From assembly GCF_009914755.1 (NCBI RefSeq), contig NC_060927.1: a stretch of 64,000 nt of DNA; one strand, 5' to 3'. Below the pieces are notes generated by a model. That model saw only the letters and a program-made list of their open reading frames with translations. It did not search any database and was not told where the DNA came from. The stretch comes from the human T2T-CHM13v2.0 reference genome, Homo sapiens. Positions 11,900 through 30,000 of this stretch are shown here, in pieces (position 1 is the stretch's first letter; each line of letters opens with the position of its first letter). The translations under genes were made by a program, and so were the position numbers.

Positions 11900-14321
11900 A
11901 GTGAGATAATCATCTTTTTAGGTTTCCTTGATTATAAATGTTCTGTTACTCATTTTGTAGCTGGAAGGGTCCCTGTCTTTTTCTTGTTAATTTACAGGAA
12001 TTATTTGTACTTTCTAGATATTGACCCCTGGATTTTTTTTCTTTTAGTCTGTCAGCTGGCTGTTACCTTTGTTCCTAATGTACTTAATTGAACAGCACTT
12101 TTATATAATCAATTCCTCCTTTTTGCTGCCATAATTCATATTTTTTAGGGTTTTAATTATGAAGTTCTTTCCCTTAATCACACTTCAGACACAAGAATTT
12201 TCCCCTGCATTATCTTCTTTTACCTTTTTAGTTTTAACTTTCACACTTAGGTTTTTAATCCATCCTGAGTCTATCTTGATAAGATGTTAGCCAGCTATTC
12301 AGTTTTACTTTTCCTCATAGATGAGCCAGTTTTCTCTGCACTGATAATGGGTTCTTTTCACATTGGTTTGTGATTTCATCTTAATAATAATGTTTTCTTA
12401 TACACATAAGTTTTTTTCCCCCCTGAACATTCCATTTTTTCTAAAGCTCAATTTCTCTGTTCTTGAATCAATATAGTCACGTACCACATCATGACATTTT
12501 GGTCAACAGCAACCCACACATACAACTGTGGTTTCAAAAGATTACAATGCTGTATTTTTACTGTAACTTTTCTATGTTTATACATGTTTAGACACACAAA
12601 TATTTAGCATTGTGTTACAATTGCTTGTATTATAATATTCAGTACAGTAACATGCTGTATATGTTTCTAGCCTAGGAGCAGTAGGCTATACCATACAGCC
12701 TGTAAGTGTGCAGTGGGTTATACCATCTAGGTTTGTGTAAGTATGCTTTATGATGTTAACACAATGACAAATTTCTCAGAAAGCGTCCCTATCCTTAAGT
12801 GACTCATGACTATAGAATACTGTTTTTGTAATGTTGGCTTTTTATGTTTAATATCTGGTAGGACAAGCTTACTCTCTCTTTTTAAGTTAACTTAGCTATT
12901 TGTCACCTTTATTTTTTCACTTACAATTTAATTTATTAAATTCCTAAAAAAATTTAAAAATTTTATTTGGAGTGTATTGAATTCATATCATTTTTAATTG
13001 ACATCATTGTATTATGAACTCACTCAGTTGAATAACATGGAATATATTCCCATTTATTTATATCATTTTCTATGTTTTTTATCAGTTTTTAAATATTCCC
13101 CCTTAGGGTTTTTGTGTATGCTCTGTTATTTCTGGATACTTTGTAATTTTTGATCCTATCAGGACTGGTCTCTTATTTTTATTTATAATTTGTATTTGGT
13201 TATATACGCTGTAGAAAGATTTTTCCAAGGTGATATATTTACCAGTTTTACTAAGCACTGTAATTCCTATTCCATTGTTTTCTGTCTCTGTTTTTCTTTC
13301 ATTTTTTTGGGGTTTTCTTTGATGCTATTTTTCTAACTTCCTAAGTTGAATTTTTAGTGTGTGGTTTTTTAACCTCTCTTGTTTCCTGGTCAACGTACTA
13401 AAGCTATAAATCTCCGTGTTGTTTTAGCTGTGTCAAATAAATTTGGATATAGAATGTTTTATTGCCATTTAGTTTAAAGCATTTCATTATTCCTTTTTTA
13501 GTCCAAGAGCATTTTGGCAATACATTATTTAGTTTCTACACATACAGGAATTTTTAAAATCTGGTTTTTTATTATAATTTCTAATTTTATTGCATTATAA
13601 TAAGAGAATGTAGTCAATATTACAGAGAATCTATGGAATTTATTGAAGTTATTCTTGTGGCCTAAGGTACAGTCAATTTTTGTGTATATCCCAAATGTGC
13701 TCAAAAAGAATGTGTTTTCTCTTTCTTGGTTTCAGGATTTCATATGTATCTAATACCTTAAATTTATTAATTAGGTTGCTCAATTTATTTCCAAACATCT
13801 GCAGACTTTTCATCTGTTTGATCTCCAAGTTTCTTAGACAGGGTATGTAAAAATCCTCAACTATAATTATTGATAAACATATTTCTGACTAAAATTCTGT
13901 AAATGTTCTGAAGTTGTGTTGTTAGGAGAGGATGCATTTTGGGTGGCTAAAATTCTTGTTCTATTAGGTCTTTTACCAGTACATAATTTTTTTTTAATGC
14001 CTTATACTATCTTTTACCTTGAATTAAAATTTGCCATATATTAGGATTTCTATTTTAGCCTTCCCTTGGTTAATTTTTAAAACCGTTTTTATCCTTTTAT
14101 TTTTTATTTTTGTTACCTATTTTAAATATATCTTTTGTAAACATCAGGTTGTAAATCTTATGTTTTTAAAAACCCTGTGGCTGACTTGCTTTGCCTCCAG
14201 TGCCTTCAAATAGCTTCATTGTTTGTTCTTTGTTTTTTTGAATTTTACACAAGTTTTTACAGATGTTCTCAGCGGGAGGGTTGGTCTGATTCTACCTACT
14301 CTGTCATATCCGGAAACAAGA
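11900..14321 (-). mobile_element. Old L1ME, including a 5' terminus near 14320
   Basis: Antisense ORF2 motifs; gttctcagcgggagggttggtctgattctacctactct is an L1ME-type 5' end. Confidence 0.7.
12474..12812 (+). mobile_element. Tigger3a (MER7A)
   Basis: Full-length match to consensus, TIRs tagtca/tgacta, TA TSDs. Confidence 0.9.
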
Positions 14322-14725
14322 GAAACACATTTTTAAATTAAAACAAAAACTCATTTGTTTCAAGTAAATGAGATGAAGACTATTTTTTAGGAAAACAGGA
14401 TACTTTTTAAATAAGGATCTTGGTAGCAGTTAGACACAGGGCAGATAATACATTAACTAATTCAGAATTCTTTAAATGTAAATGATTACAATTCACTAAT
14501 CATTCTTATCTTCCATGTGGTTTTCAACCCCAGGATCTTCATTTAATGCAATTATCAAACACTATTTCTGAGAATTTGTATTTTGAAGGCAACATAAAAA
14601 TTAATCACATTCCCAAATTCACCCCCTGTGCACAAGGGCATTACGTATGTGGTATAAATCACCATCCTGGACACAAAGCTTCTAAGCTAGAGGCTTCTAA
14701 GTACACAAATATCCAAAAGCCCCAC

Positions 14726-14811
14726 CCTTTGATATTTTATTCATTTACAAATCTCTTAAATCCATATCTTCAATGGTCATTTTGTCCATAGTGGTAGCTA
14801 AGTTTTGTATC
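14726..14811 (-). pseudogene. Gene A exon, 86 nt, frame ambiguous
   Basis: Acceptor tttcatcacag, donor AGG|gtgggg; 1-2 stops depending on frame. Confidence 0.55.
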
Positions 14812-15081
14812 CTGTGATGAAATCATCACCAAAATCAAGTGTTAAATCTGATTTGGCTACATCAATTAGTACTGATTATAAACACAGCAAAATCTATTCC
14901 AATGGTCTATTTTTAAAAATCTACTTAGAAATAGCTATTTGGTGATCATGAAGACTGCATCTTGCTAGAGGGAGAGCGCTTTGGATGCCACTGTATTCCC
15001 AGCATCTGGTGCAATCTCTGGCGCATAGTAGGTTTACCAATGGAGGGCTATACCATTAATTCTTCATGTCAATCATCTTAC

Positions 15082-15219
15082 CCATAATCGGAGAACAAGT
15101 CCACTAATTTCAGGACTTGTTTCAACAAATCTACCATTAGGATTAAGGCTGATAGATAAATTCCCTTGCAAAGTACTTAGGCAGAACTCTGGTGAAAACG
15201 ACTTTGTAAATGTTATCTC
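15082..15219 (-). pseudogene. Gene A exon (EITFTKSFSPEFCLSTLQGNLSISLNPNGRFVETSPEISGLVLRLW)
   Basis: Acceptor ttcatttacag, donor TGG|gtaaga; 138 nt fully open (ORF track 15073..15261). Confidence 0.75.
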
Positions 15220-15389
15220 CTGTAAATGAATGTTGATTGGCTTAAAGTAGTCAGTGTACATTAAATGTGTAAGGTGACTTTAAAAATATTCTCATAAAAG
15301 CTTTTTTGCCTTAAACATCCACTTAATCCATTAAAAATTACCTTTTAGAATACACAGAATTGCCAAAAGGGAGTACTGAGACAACAAGG

Positions 15390-16706
<1,317 letters not shown>

Positions 16707-17385
16707 CATGGTAAATATAGATAGTTCATCTTCTGGCCTACACCTACACTCTCTTGGGCTCAACTCTCTGGGAAGATGATGAGGGAGCAGGGAGAGGTCA
16801 GTAAGACACAGGCTAGTATAATCCTTAACCAATTTTTGAAAAAACCCAAGAATAAGACCTTGAGCTTCTCATCCAACATGCCTTACTTGCAGGGATAACA
16901 TGAGACAAACTAGGTGAGACAAACATATGTTTGAAACTGTGTCATTTATTTGCACTGACTACAACAAAAAATGTTGGAGAAAAAAGTCTTCATAATATCC
17001 AGAGCTCATACATCTGGGTCCAGTTTAACCATTTGTAAGTAAAATGTCAACCCTACCCCTTATAATCACATCCTTTGTCTATTGCAGAAATTTCTTTCAA
17101 TCTTTTCTCCAGTTTTTGCCCCAAGATGGAGCTGACAAAACTACCTGTTGTCCGTGCTTGGTTAACTTTTCACATGATTTACATAAACCTTTTCCATTTT
17201 AATGTCATCACATGTAGAAGGTGCCCTTTTACTGCAGTAATTAGGATTGAGGTAATTTACAGACGTGATTGGTACATGCAAGTTCAGTCTTTGCCAGGAC
17301 CTCTGTCTGCTCTAAGAAGTTGAATTTCAGCTGTAGTATTGACTCATCGCATAAAGTCACAGGTGTTGGAAAAAACAAAATTTGC

Positions 17386-17473
17386 CTCCTTCCTATGTAA
17401 GTAATTGACTAGGAAAGCATTCCTCATTATTCCTCCAACACAATATTTTAATATATTTTCCAAAATTTCTTTC
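17386..17473 (-). pseudogene. Gene A exon (KEILENILKYCVGGIMRNAFLVNYLHRKE)
   Basis: Acceptor tttttattctag; 29 open codons; donor is GAG|gcaaat (GC). Confidence 0.65.
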
Positions 17474-18161
17474 CTAGAATAAAAATATCTGATATAATAA
17501 AATTCCCTTCTTTCTATCTCCTATCATAGGTAGATAATTTCTTTGCTCTTTTTGATTAACATGGATAAGGCCAGTTTCTAAGGTTAAAAAATAAGTTAAT
17601 AAATATGTTACTATTTCACTTAGGTATTACAAAAAATATGGTCATGTCATCTATGTGATTTGGACATTAGAATAAGTTTTTTTTGTTTTTATAGTTTGGA
17701 TAGAAATCAACCCTGGTCTTAAGTACTTTTTACAAAACTATGCAATGTTCCATCCACATTTAGTATAATGTGAATTTGGCCAAGTTACAAATCCTGTTTG
17801 AACAGAAAGGAGTAACCACTGTGGGATTATCATGTCCAAATTTAAAGACAACACAGAATGTTTTATTTCTCAAATTTAGAAAATATGCATTACTGAAATT
17901 ATTAGTGCCTAAAAATAATTATAATCATAATTTACTAATTCACATATATTATACCATTTAGAAAAACAAAGATTCAAAGAAAGCTTATAGCAATTAAGGC
18001 TCAAAAGTAGGAGTTCAGTTGCAGCCCAATATAAGTTTTCAAATTAAGAAGGGAATTTCCAAAGAGGATCTTTACCATAAAATAATAAGAGGAGAACAGA
18101 TAAGAGACTTTATGTAATTTAGGTTTACTTTAAGGAATTATTTTTCAAGAATATGGCTTAC

Positions 18162-18183
18162 CAGAATGTGTGACTGAGATGAG
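18162..18183 (-). pseudogene. Gene A micro-exon (HLSHTF)
   Basis: Acceptor gatttttag, donor CTG|gtaagc; 22 nt, phase 1 to 2. Confidence 0.6.
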
Positions 18184-18261
18184 CTAAAAATCCATTATTA
18201 AAAACCTAATTTCTGAGTGTCTTTTAATGAACGGTTAGATTAAGAATGCTTTAAAAAAAAA

Positions 18262-18425
18262 GAATGCTTAACTTGGGGTCCACGTTCTGAGGGGCTTTAT
18301 ATGTGGGCTTCAGGGTCCTCAACTCTCCTGAAATGATATGCAAAGAGTATGTAAAACGGAAAATTTTCCAGGAAGAGGGCCTATAACTTGTATCATATTC
18401 TCAAAAGGGTCCATAATGATTCCTA
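18262..18425 (+). mobile_element. MER103C
   Basis: cttaacttggggtcca...attctcaaaagggtcc. Confidence 0.75.
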
Positions 18426-18524
18426 CGCTCTCCCCAAAATTACAAACTAGTAGAAAAATGACTTCATGGAGCTCTTTGTTAATAGCAGTAAGAATGAAGG
18501 GTACACATGTATTTCATCTTTTAC

Positions 18525-18554
18525 TGCCAGGTACAATGAGTAGAAGTAATCCAT
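18525..18554 (-). pseudogene. Gene A micro-exon (GLLLLIVPG)
   Basis: Long pyrimidine tract plus cttag acceptor, donor GCA|gtaaaa; phase 1 to 1. Confidence 0.5.
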
Positions 18555-18661
18555 CTAAGTGGATATGCAGAGCAAAAAGAAAAAAATTACAGAGGAAGTC
18601 CCCATGGACCTCTTCTTAAACATTAATAGCTAAATAAATTGCCACTTTTTGATATTATTAC

Positions 18662-18823
18662 CTAACAAGTTTCCAGATTAGATTGGGGTACATAGCCAAG
18701 AAAATTATTGAGCTTTAACTTAGACAAAGATGATACACTCTCTTTTTAAGGATTATTTCAACGTTAAATCACTATGCAAGAAAAAAATTCCATTTTTGAT
18801 AACATGAATCAGAAGATTTGAAC
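18662..18823 (-). pseudogene. Gene A exon (SNLLIHVIKNGIFFLHSDLTLK*...), most degraded
   Basis: Acceptor tttcatttgcag, donor TAG|gtaata; 162 nt; stops in all frames in the distal part. Confidence 0.5.
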
Positions 18824-19201
18824 CTGCAAATGAAATTAACTTAATCAGTGGCATTTGAAACTAAATTTTTTTATTGCCAAAACACTGTCATGAGCACTTC
18901 TGGTATCATTGTACTTTAGCAAGGTTATTGAAAGATTAAGTTTGATAGTTAGGTTTTATTATTTAAAAAGCTAAAGTTCTTGTTATGATGGCTTAGTTTT
19001 TATGTTACATATTTTGCTTTTAGATAAGTAGGTCATAAACTACATAAAATATCACTTATCAAAGTCTGTTTATGACCTCTTTTAAATCCAGAAATCATAC
19101 TGCTGTCAATTCATTTTTAGCAGCAATCCTAAGTCAACATGAGTCTATGTATCTTGAGTAATCCTTGGCAGGGTGCAGAGCAGTAAATCATATTTTATTA
19201 C

Positions 19202-19287
19202 TCAAGATGGCAGAAGCTAGAGCTATCTGAAACTTTTTATCACTTCTTCTTGTAAGGTCTCATTTGAAAATCTATGATCTAGAAGTT
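19202..19287 (-). pseudogene. Gene A exon (LLDHRFSNETLQEEVIK / FQIALASAIL) with 1-nt frameshift
   Basis: Branch-like ctaac plus tcttcag acceptor, donor TGA|gtaata; 86 nt where 87 is needed for phase 1 to 1. Confidence 0.65.
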
Positions 19288-19424
19288 CTGAAGACATTTT
19301 AGGGTTAGTCCTTTGCCAGTATAATATTAGTAAAAAAAAGGTTGGTGTAACCCCTTCTACCCTCATCTTCCTCTCCCTCAGCCTTCCCCAACCACTCTAA
19401 TTTTCATATCCAAAACTCTTTGCT

Positions 19425-19720
19425 TCTAGTCTTTACTCTTGAAGGACAGTCTGGCGGGCTGCAAAATGCGTGGCTTGCGTATACTTTTCATGGGTATCTT
19501 GTAGTTGATCCACATGCTCTGGTATTAAATGTTGTAATGGAAAGGTCTGATGCCAGCTTAACTCTCTTTCCTTTATAAATGAATTGATCTCATCTCGATG
19601 CCCAAAGAATTCTTTCCTTGTATTAAATTTTAATAATTCTAACAGTATATAGCTTAGCATTGACTGTTCTGGGTTAAATTGATCTGCATTATAGTGTTCT
19701 TTTTCAATGTATACATTTAT
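19425..19720 (-). mobile_element. HAL1 fragment
   Basis: gaaaggtctgatgccagc...gatgcccaaagaat motifs. Confidence 0.6.
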
Positions 19721-19787
19721 TGAATTGTGTTTTGTAAATTTGTTGAATTGCATGGTAAGTTTTATTGAATTTTTTTTTTTTTTTTTT

Positions 19788-20087
19788 GGCTGGGCGTTGT
19801 GGCTCACGCTTCTAATCTTAGTACTTTAGGAGGCCGAGGCCAGTGGATCACCTGAGGTTGGGAGTTCAACACCAGCCTGGCCAACATGGTGAAACCCTGT
19901 CTCTACTAAAAATATAAAAAATTAGCTGGGTGCAGTGCTGCGCACCTGTAATCTCGGCTACTTTGGAGGCTGAGGCAGGAGAATTGCTTGAACCCAGGGG
20001 GCAGAGTTTGGGTGAGCCAAGATCGCGCCACTGCACTCCAGCCTGGGCTACAGAGCAAGACGTTATCTCAAAAAAAGAAAAAAAAAA
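19788..20087 (+). mobile_element. AluSx
   Basis: Full dimer with A tail; no TSD seen. Confidence 0.95.
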
Positions 20088-20999
20088 CATGATGTCAACA
20101 TGGCTTATCATTGCTGATATCCTGACTGGGGTAGTGTTTGTCATGTTTCTCTACTGCAAAGTTGTACTTTTCCCTCCTTTTCCCTACTGTACTCTTTGGA
20201 AGGAAGTTACTATATCTAGGTTATCCTTAAGGAGTAAGGAGTTATGGCTACTTCTTTCAGGACAGAGTATATATACATATAAATTATGTAGAATTTTTCT
20301 GCCTGTGAGCATTCTCTCTTATTTATTTATTTAAGCATTTATACCAATATTAACTCATGGTTATTTATTTAATTTATTGGGTTATAATCCAATAGTACTT
20401 TATTTATTTTGTTGCTGAAGTTGTTCAACCTTTGGCCATTGGTAGCTCTTTCAGTTGGCTCTTGTGTCCCTTTGACATATTTCTTTCATTGCAGGTTATT
20501 TATTTATTTGCACTTTCTTACTTTCTGACATTAAGCTGCTCCAGGGTTATCTTGTATATTTCCTGCCTCAGCCCTGGAATCCTCCATTTCTTCAAGGAGC
20601 CCTGGTTCCTTTCACTGGAGAATCATGTTAGTCTAGGCACTGTGTGTGCTTGTCACTACTGTGTTGTTGCTTCTAGGTCTTCTTAGATGACAGAACAAAA
20701 ACAATATGCTTGAATACTAATTTGGATATATACACATATCTATAAATACTTCTACAGGTAACCATTGTATCTGTATTCAACTGAATACATTTCATATCAA
20801 TGTTTCCAACACCAACCATTACCACATGGATCACCCTCCCCTTTCTTATGCATAACCTCTGGCTCCAATATTGAGAAACCTGGGCCAACTATCCACTACT
20901 CCATTTACTTAATTCTTCTGTATAATAGTATATACTAATATCAAAATTGTTAATAAGTATCACCTCTATTGTTGATAAACAATCTTATTAGAGTACAGT

Positions 21000-21257
21000 A
21001 CTTATATATATTTATATATCTATATTTTAATATGTTTATATGTGTAAACAATTTTTTGTTTTAATATATTTTATAAATATATATAAAGACAAATATATAA
21101 ATATATACATGTATTATAAAGATGGAAAAGATTTATATATAAATATATAATTTATATATATAAACTACATATAGTTTATATATAAATTATAATATACACT
21201 ATATATAAACTATATATACACACTATATAGAAAATATATAAAAGTATATATATATAT
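21000..21257. repeat. AT-rich (TA)n low-complexity tract
   Basis: Directly visible. Confidence 0.9.
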
Positions 21258-21771
21258 GCCTTCAGTCTTATAGACTCCCTTCATTTCCCAAGTTTCTTAG
21301 GTCAGTAACTTTTTTCCTTAGTCCCTTAAGTAAGATTGTTTCATACATTTTTAATACAGTTAGATAATTGTCACATTCTACATTCCATCCTAAATGAGTT
21401 TTTAAATTTTTTAATACAGTAAGGCTTAGTCTTGGTAATGTAAAGTTCTTTGGATTTTGACAATGCTTAATGTTATTTATCTGCAATTATAGTGTCACAA
21501 AGAATAGTTTTGCTTCCCTAAAAATTTCCCTACACTTTACTTATTTAACCTTCCCCAACTTCTTTCTGAATCCGTGACAATCATTAATGTTTTTACTATT
21601 CCTATAATTTGCCTTTTGCAAATTATCTTATGATTGGAAATATATAGTATGTAGCTTTTTCAAGCTGGCTTCTATTTACTTACCAATTTGCATTTAAGAT
21701 TTGCCATGCTTGCGGCTTGATCACACATTTTTAGTTTTTGCTGAATAATATTCCATTGTGTGGATGTACCA

Positions 21772-21941
21772 TTATTATTATTATTATTATTATTGAGACA
21801 GGGTCTTGCTGTTATCACTCAGCCTGGAGTGCAGTGGCACAATCATGGCTCACTGCAGCCTTGAATTCCCAGGCTCCAGTAATCCTCCCACCTAAGCTTC
21901 CCAAGTAGCTGGGAGCACAGGCAGGAGCCAGTACTCCTGCC
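21772..21941 (-). mobile_element. FRAM / Alu right monomer with (ATT)n tail
   Basis: Monomer only; TSD gatgtaccattatt/gacataccactatt. Confidence 0.85.
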
Positions 21942-23155
21942 TGACATACCACTATTTTTTAATCCATTGTAGTTATGGTTGCTTCTAGTTTTTCATGATT
22001 ATGAATAAAGCTGCTACAAACATTCATGTGCAGATTTTGTGTGGACATATGTTTTCAAGTCAACATGATTGCTAGATCATATGGTAACTATGTTTAGCTT
22101 GTAAGAAACTGCCAAACTTTTTTCCAAAGTAGTTGTATGATTTTCTTTTCCCAACAGGAATAAATGAGAATTCCAACTGCTCCATGTCCTCACCACCAAT
22201 TGGTAATGTCAGGGTCAAAAATTTTTTTAGTTATTTGCATAGTTATGTAGTAGTATCTTGTTGTTTGAATTTGCAATTCCCTGATGATAAATGATATTGA
22301 ACGTATTTTCATATGCTTTTTTTGCCATCTGTACATCTTCTTTGGTGAGGTATCTGTTCAGATCTTTGGCCCATTTTAAAATGTGATTGTTTTCATATTG
22401 CTGGATTTTTAGAGTTCTTTGTATATTTTGGATACAAGTCCTTTATCAGATATTTATTTTGCAAATATTTTCTCCAGGTTTGTGGCTTGTCTTTTCATTA
22501 TTTTAACAGTGTCTGTCACAGAGCAGAATAAAGTCCGACTTATCTTTTTTTTCTTGAATCATGTTTTGGTGTTTTACCTAAAGCCTAACTGGGAAATCCA
22601 AAGTTACCTGAATTTTCTTCTATATTTACTTCTAGATGTTTCACAGTTTTGCATTTTACATTTAGACCTAATTCATTTTGGGTCGATTTTTGTGAAAGGT
22701 GTAAGATCTGTGTATACGTTCATTATTTTGTATGTAGACATCTAATTGTTTCAGCAGCATTTGTTGAAAACTCTACCCTTTCTCCATTGAATTGTTTTTG
22801 CTCCTTTGTCAAATATCAGTTTACTATACTTGTATAAGCCTATTTCTAGACTCTCTATTCTGTTCCTTTGATGTATATGTCTACATTTTTCCTGATTACT
22901 ATGGCTTGATTACTAGAGCTTTGTAGTAAGTCTTGAAGTCAGGTAGTGAGAATTCACAAAGTTTGTTCTTCAATATTATCTTCACTGTTCTAGGTCTTTT
23001 GCATTTCCACATAAACTTTATATTCAGTTTGTCAGTACCTACATAATATCTTGCTGGGATATTTATTGAGATTGCATTGACTATAGAACCAATTGAGAAT
23101 AATTAATATTTTCACAATATTGAATCTTCCATTTATGATCATAAATTATTTCTCC

Positions 23156-23157
23156 AT

Positions 23158-23192
<35 letters not shown>

Positions 23193-23461
23193 TATATCTA
23201 TTGGGATCTCACTCTGTTGCCAAGGCTAGGGTGCAGTGGTGCGAGCTCGGCTCACTGCAACCTCTACCTCCCAGGCTCAAGCCATCCTCCCACCTCAGCT
23301 TCATGAGTAGCTGGGACTATAGGCATGCACCACCGAACCTGGCTAATTTTTGTAGTGACAGGATTTGCATGTTGCCCAGGCTGGTCTAGAACCCCTGGGC
23401 TCAAGTGATCAGCCTACCTCAGCCTCTCAAAGTGCTGGGATTACCGGCATGAGCCACTGCA
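23156..23461 (-). mobile_element. AluJ with (TTTA)n tail
   Basis: ctgggctcaagtgatc J-type diagnostics. Confidence 0.9.
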
Positions 23462-23661
23462 ACTATTTAGCATATAAATTCTGTGCATATTTTTTTTAGA
23501 TTTCCATCTAATTGTTTAATTTTGGAGCACCAGTTTAAATAGTATTTTTAAAAATATATAGCAAATTCCAATTGTTCATTGCTGGTATATAGAAAAGCAA
23601 TTGATTTCAATATTATCATTTTTGATACATTAATGCACTTTTTGATATTGTTAGTATTTTC

Positions 23662-27002
<3,341 letters not shown>

Positions 27003-30000
27003 ATTAGTGATTTTAACCTTATATCCTGTTACCTTGCTGTGCTCACTTACTAGTTACAGGAGTTTTTTGTTGATTTTTTTTTTTGAGGGGTGAATTTTCT
27101 ATATGGACATTCATGTCATGTATAAATAAAGACAGATTTGTTTCTTCTTTCCCAATCCATATCTCTTTATTTCCTTTTTTCTAATTGTACTAGCTAGAAT
27201 TTCCAGTATAATGTTGGACAGAATTTGTGAAAGAGGGCACCCTTGCTATTTCCCGTTATAGAGGGAAACCATCCAGTTTCTCATGTTTAATTATGATATT
27301 AGCCGTAAGTTTTTGGTAGATGTTCCTTATAAAGTTAAGTAAGCTTCCCTATTCTTAGCTTGATGAAAATTTTTTAAATGAATGTGTGTTGGATTTTTGT
27401 CAACACTTTTTCTGCATTAGTTAGTATAATATTATTTTCTTCTTTAAACTGTTGATTGTCATGTCATTTTGGAGAATTGATGCTTTTATCATTGTGTAAT
27501 ACTTCTCTTTATCTCTGATAATTATTTCTTTTGTTCTGCAGTCTGCTTTGCCTGAAATTAATATAGCTATTCCAGCTTTCTTTTGATTAGTGTAGCATGG
27601 CATAGCCTTTTCTGTTCCTTTACTTTTAACCTTCTGAGTCTTTATATTTAAAATGAGTTTCCTGTAGACAAAATATAGTTGGATATTTTTAATCCCCTCT
27701 TCCAACCTGTTTTAATTAATATATTTAGACCATTCACATTTAAAATTATTATTGATATAATTTGATTAATAGCAACCATGTTTGTAACTATTTTCTACAC
27801 TTGTTCTTTGTTTCTTCCTCCTCATCTTCTTCTGTCTTATCTGGTTTGAATTGCACATTTTAAGTGATTTAATGTTATATTCTTTCTTGGCATATTAACT
27901 ATACTTGTTTAAAAATTTTTATAATGATTGCCCTAGATGCTGTAGTATATATTTACAACTAATGCAAGTCTACATTCAGATAACTCTATACCACTCCATG
28001 GGTAGGACAAGTATCTCATAACAAACTGTTCCCAATTTCTTCCTCCTATCTTTTATAAAATTGTTATTCATTTCACTTATCCTTATGCTAAAATCACTGA
28101 ATACATTGTTACTGTTACTACTTTGAGCAAACATTTATCCATTAGATCAATTAAGAATAAGGAAAACAGATTACAATTTACCTTTATATATTCCTTCTAT
28201 GATGATTTTTCTTTTCATGTGAGCATCTAAGTGTTAGAACTATCTGATTTTTCTTCTCTGTGAGGTACTTCTTTTAGCCTGTCTTTTCGAGCAGGTCTGC
28301 TGGCAATAAATTCTCTCAGTTTTTATTTGTCGGACAAAGTCTTTATTCTTCTCTTCTTGAAGAATAATTTTCTGGATATAGAATTCTATGTTGGTGGGTT
28401 TTTTTCTTTCAGCACATCAAAATTTTCACTCTCTTCTTGATTCCATGGCATCTGATGAGTAGCCTGCTATAATTCTTAACTTTTCCCTCCAGTACGTAAG
28501 GTGTTTTATTTCCTTGGCTTCTTTCTAGACTTTTTCTTTGTCTTTAGTTTTCTGCATTTTGAATAACATATATGTGGGTGCAGACATTTTGATATTTATC
28601 CTGACTGGCATTCTCTGCATTTCCTGTATCTATGGTTTAGTGATTGTCATTAATTTTCAAAAATTTTCATCTATTATTCATTTCAACACTTTTTGTTTGT
28701 TTTTTGCTTACTTCTCTCTTCTTCTGGTATTTCAATTACACTTATGATACATCCTGTAAAACTGTCCCACAGTTCTTAGATGTTCTGTTCTATTTTTTTC
28801 TCACTCTTTTTTCTCTTTGTATTTTAGTTTGGGAAGTTTCTATTGACCTAGTTTCAAGCTCACTAATTGTTTCTTTTGCCATGTTTAATCTACTGATGAA
28901 CCCATCAAAAATGTTCAGCATTCTTTATTTTGGTTATAGTGCTTTTGATTTCTAGCATTTCTGTTTGACTCTTCCTTAGAGTCTCCATCTCTCTATCTGT
29001 TCATATTATTCATCTGTTCTTGCGTGTTGTCTACTTTTTCCATTGGAGGTCTTAACATATTAATAATATTTATTTTAAATTCTCCATCTGATAATTCTAT
29101 AATCTGTGTCTGGTTCTGATGCTTACTTTGTCTCTTTGGACTGTTTTCTCTGCCTTTCAACATACCTTGTAATTTTTTGTTGAAAGCTAGACATAATAAA
29201 TTGGTTAATAGTAAATCAACTTTTAGTGTAAAGTTTTATGTTAATTTGGCGAAGAACTGGGCTATATTTCATGTTTTTTGTAGCTGTAGTTGCCAAAGGC
29301 TTCAAATTCCTCTGATGTCATTGTTTTTGTCTTCTTATTGTCTTCAAACTTCCCTAAGAACTCCTCCTCTGAGGGCACCTTGCAGCTCTTATAGTTTAAA
29401 TTCACCGTTCTACTAGAGTCCTGTTGTTGTAGTGGTAAGGTATGGGACAGGGAAAGCATTCTATAATCTTATGATTAATTTTTATTCTTTTTCAGAGCCT
29501 GTGTTCCTGGACCATGACCTCTTCAAATGTTTTTTAGTTTATCTTCCCTAACCCCCACCCTTTAGTTGAGACAGATTAGAGGAGGATGAAGTCAGAGAAG
29601 GCCCTTCCACTGGATGGGATAAAGCTCTTACAGTTTCTTTCCCCCTGGAGAATAGGCTTTTGTTATGGAGAATACTCTGGGTATATTTCACAATAATTAC
29701 TCTTTCTGCTTTCTCTTCCTAGAGTCATGAGGGGCTTCTTGGATCTTCACTGTGAGACGTTGGTATGACTCCTGGAGGCAAAGCCTACCAAAAGGCATGC
29801 CCCCAAGATATTCTCATTCTCAAGTTAGTCCACACTCAGTCTCCAGCAACCTAGATTCACCTGTCTCTCCAGATTTCAGGGTGGTGACTTGCCTTGCAAC
29901 CTCAGTTCTCTAATATATCTAAGATATGTTATTGATTTTTAGTTTGTTCAGCCTTTGCTTGTTATAAGGATGGTGTGACGACTCCTGAGCTCTTCACTTG

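Noticed and set aside
17386-18823. Short resemblances of gene A peptides to DNAAF9/C20orf194 or P-loop GTPase strands
   Set aside because: Only a few residues recalled from memory, in non-collinear order and with no P-loop motif; no name can be assigned without a search
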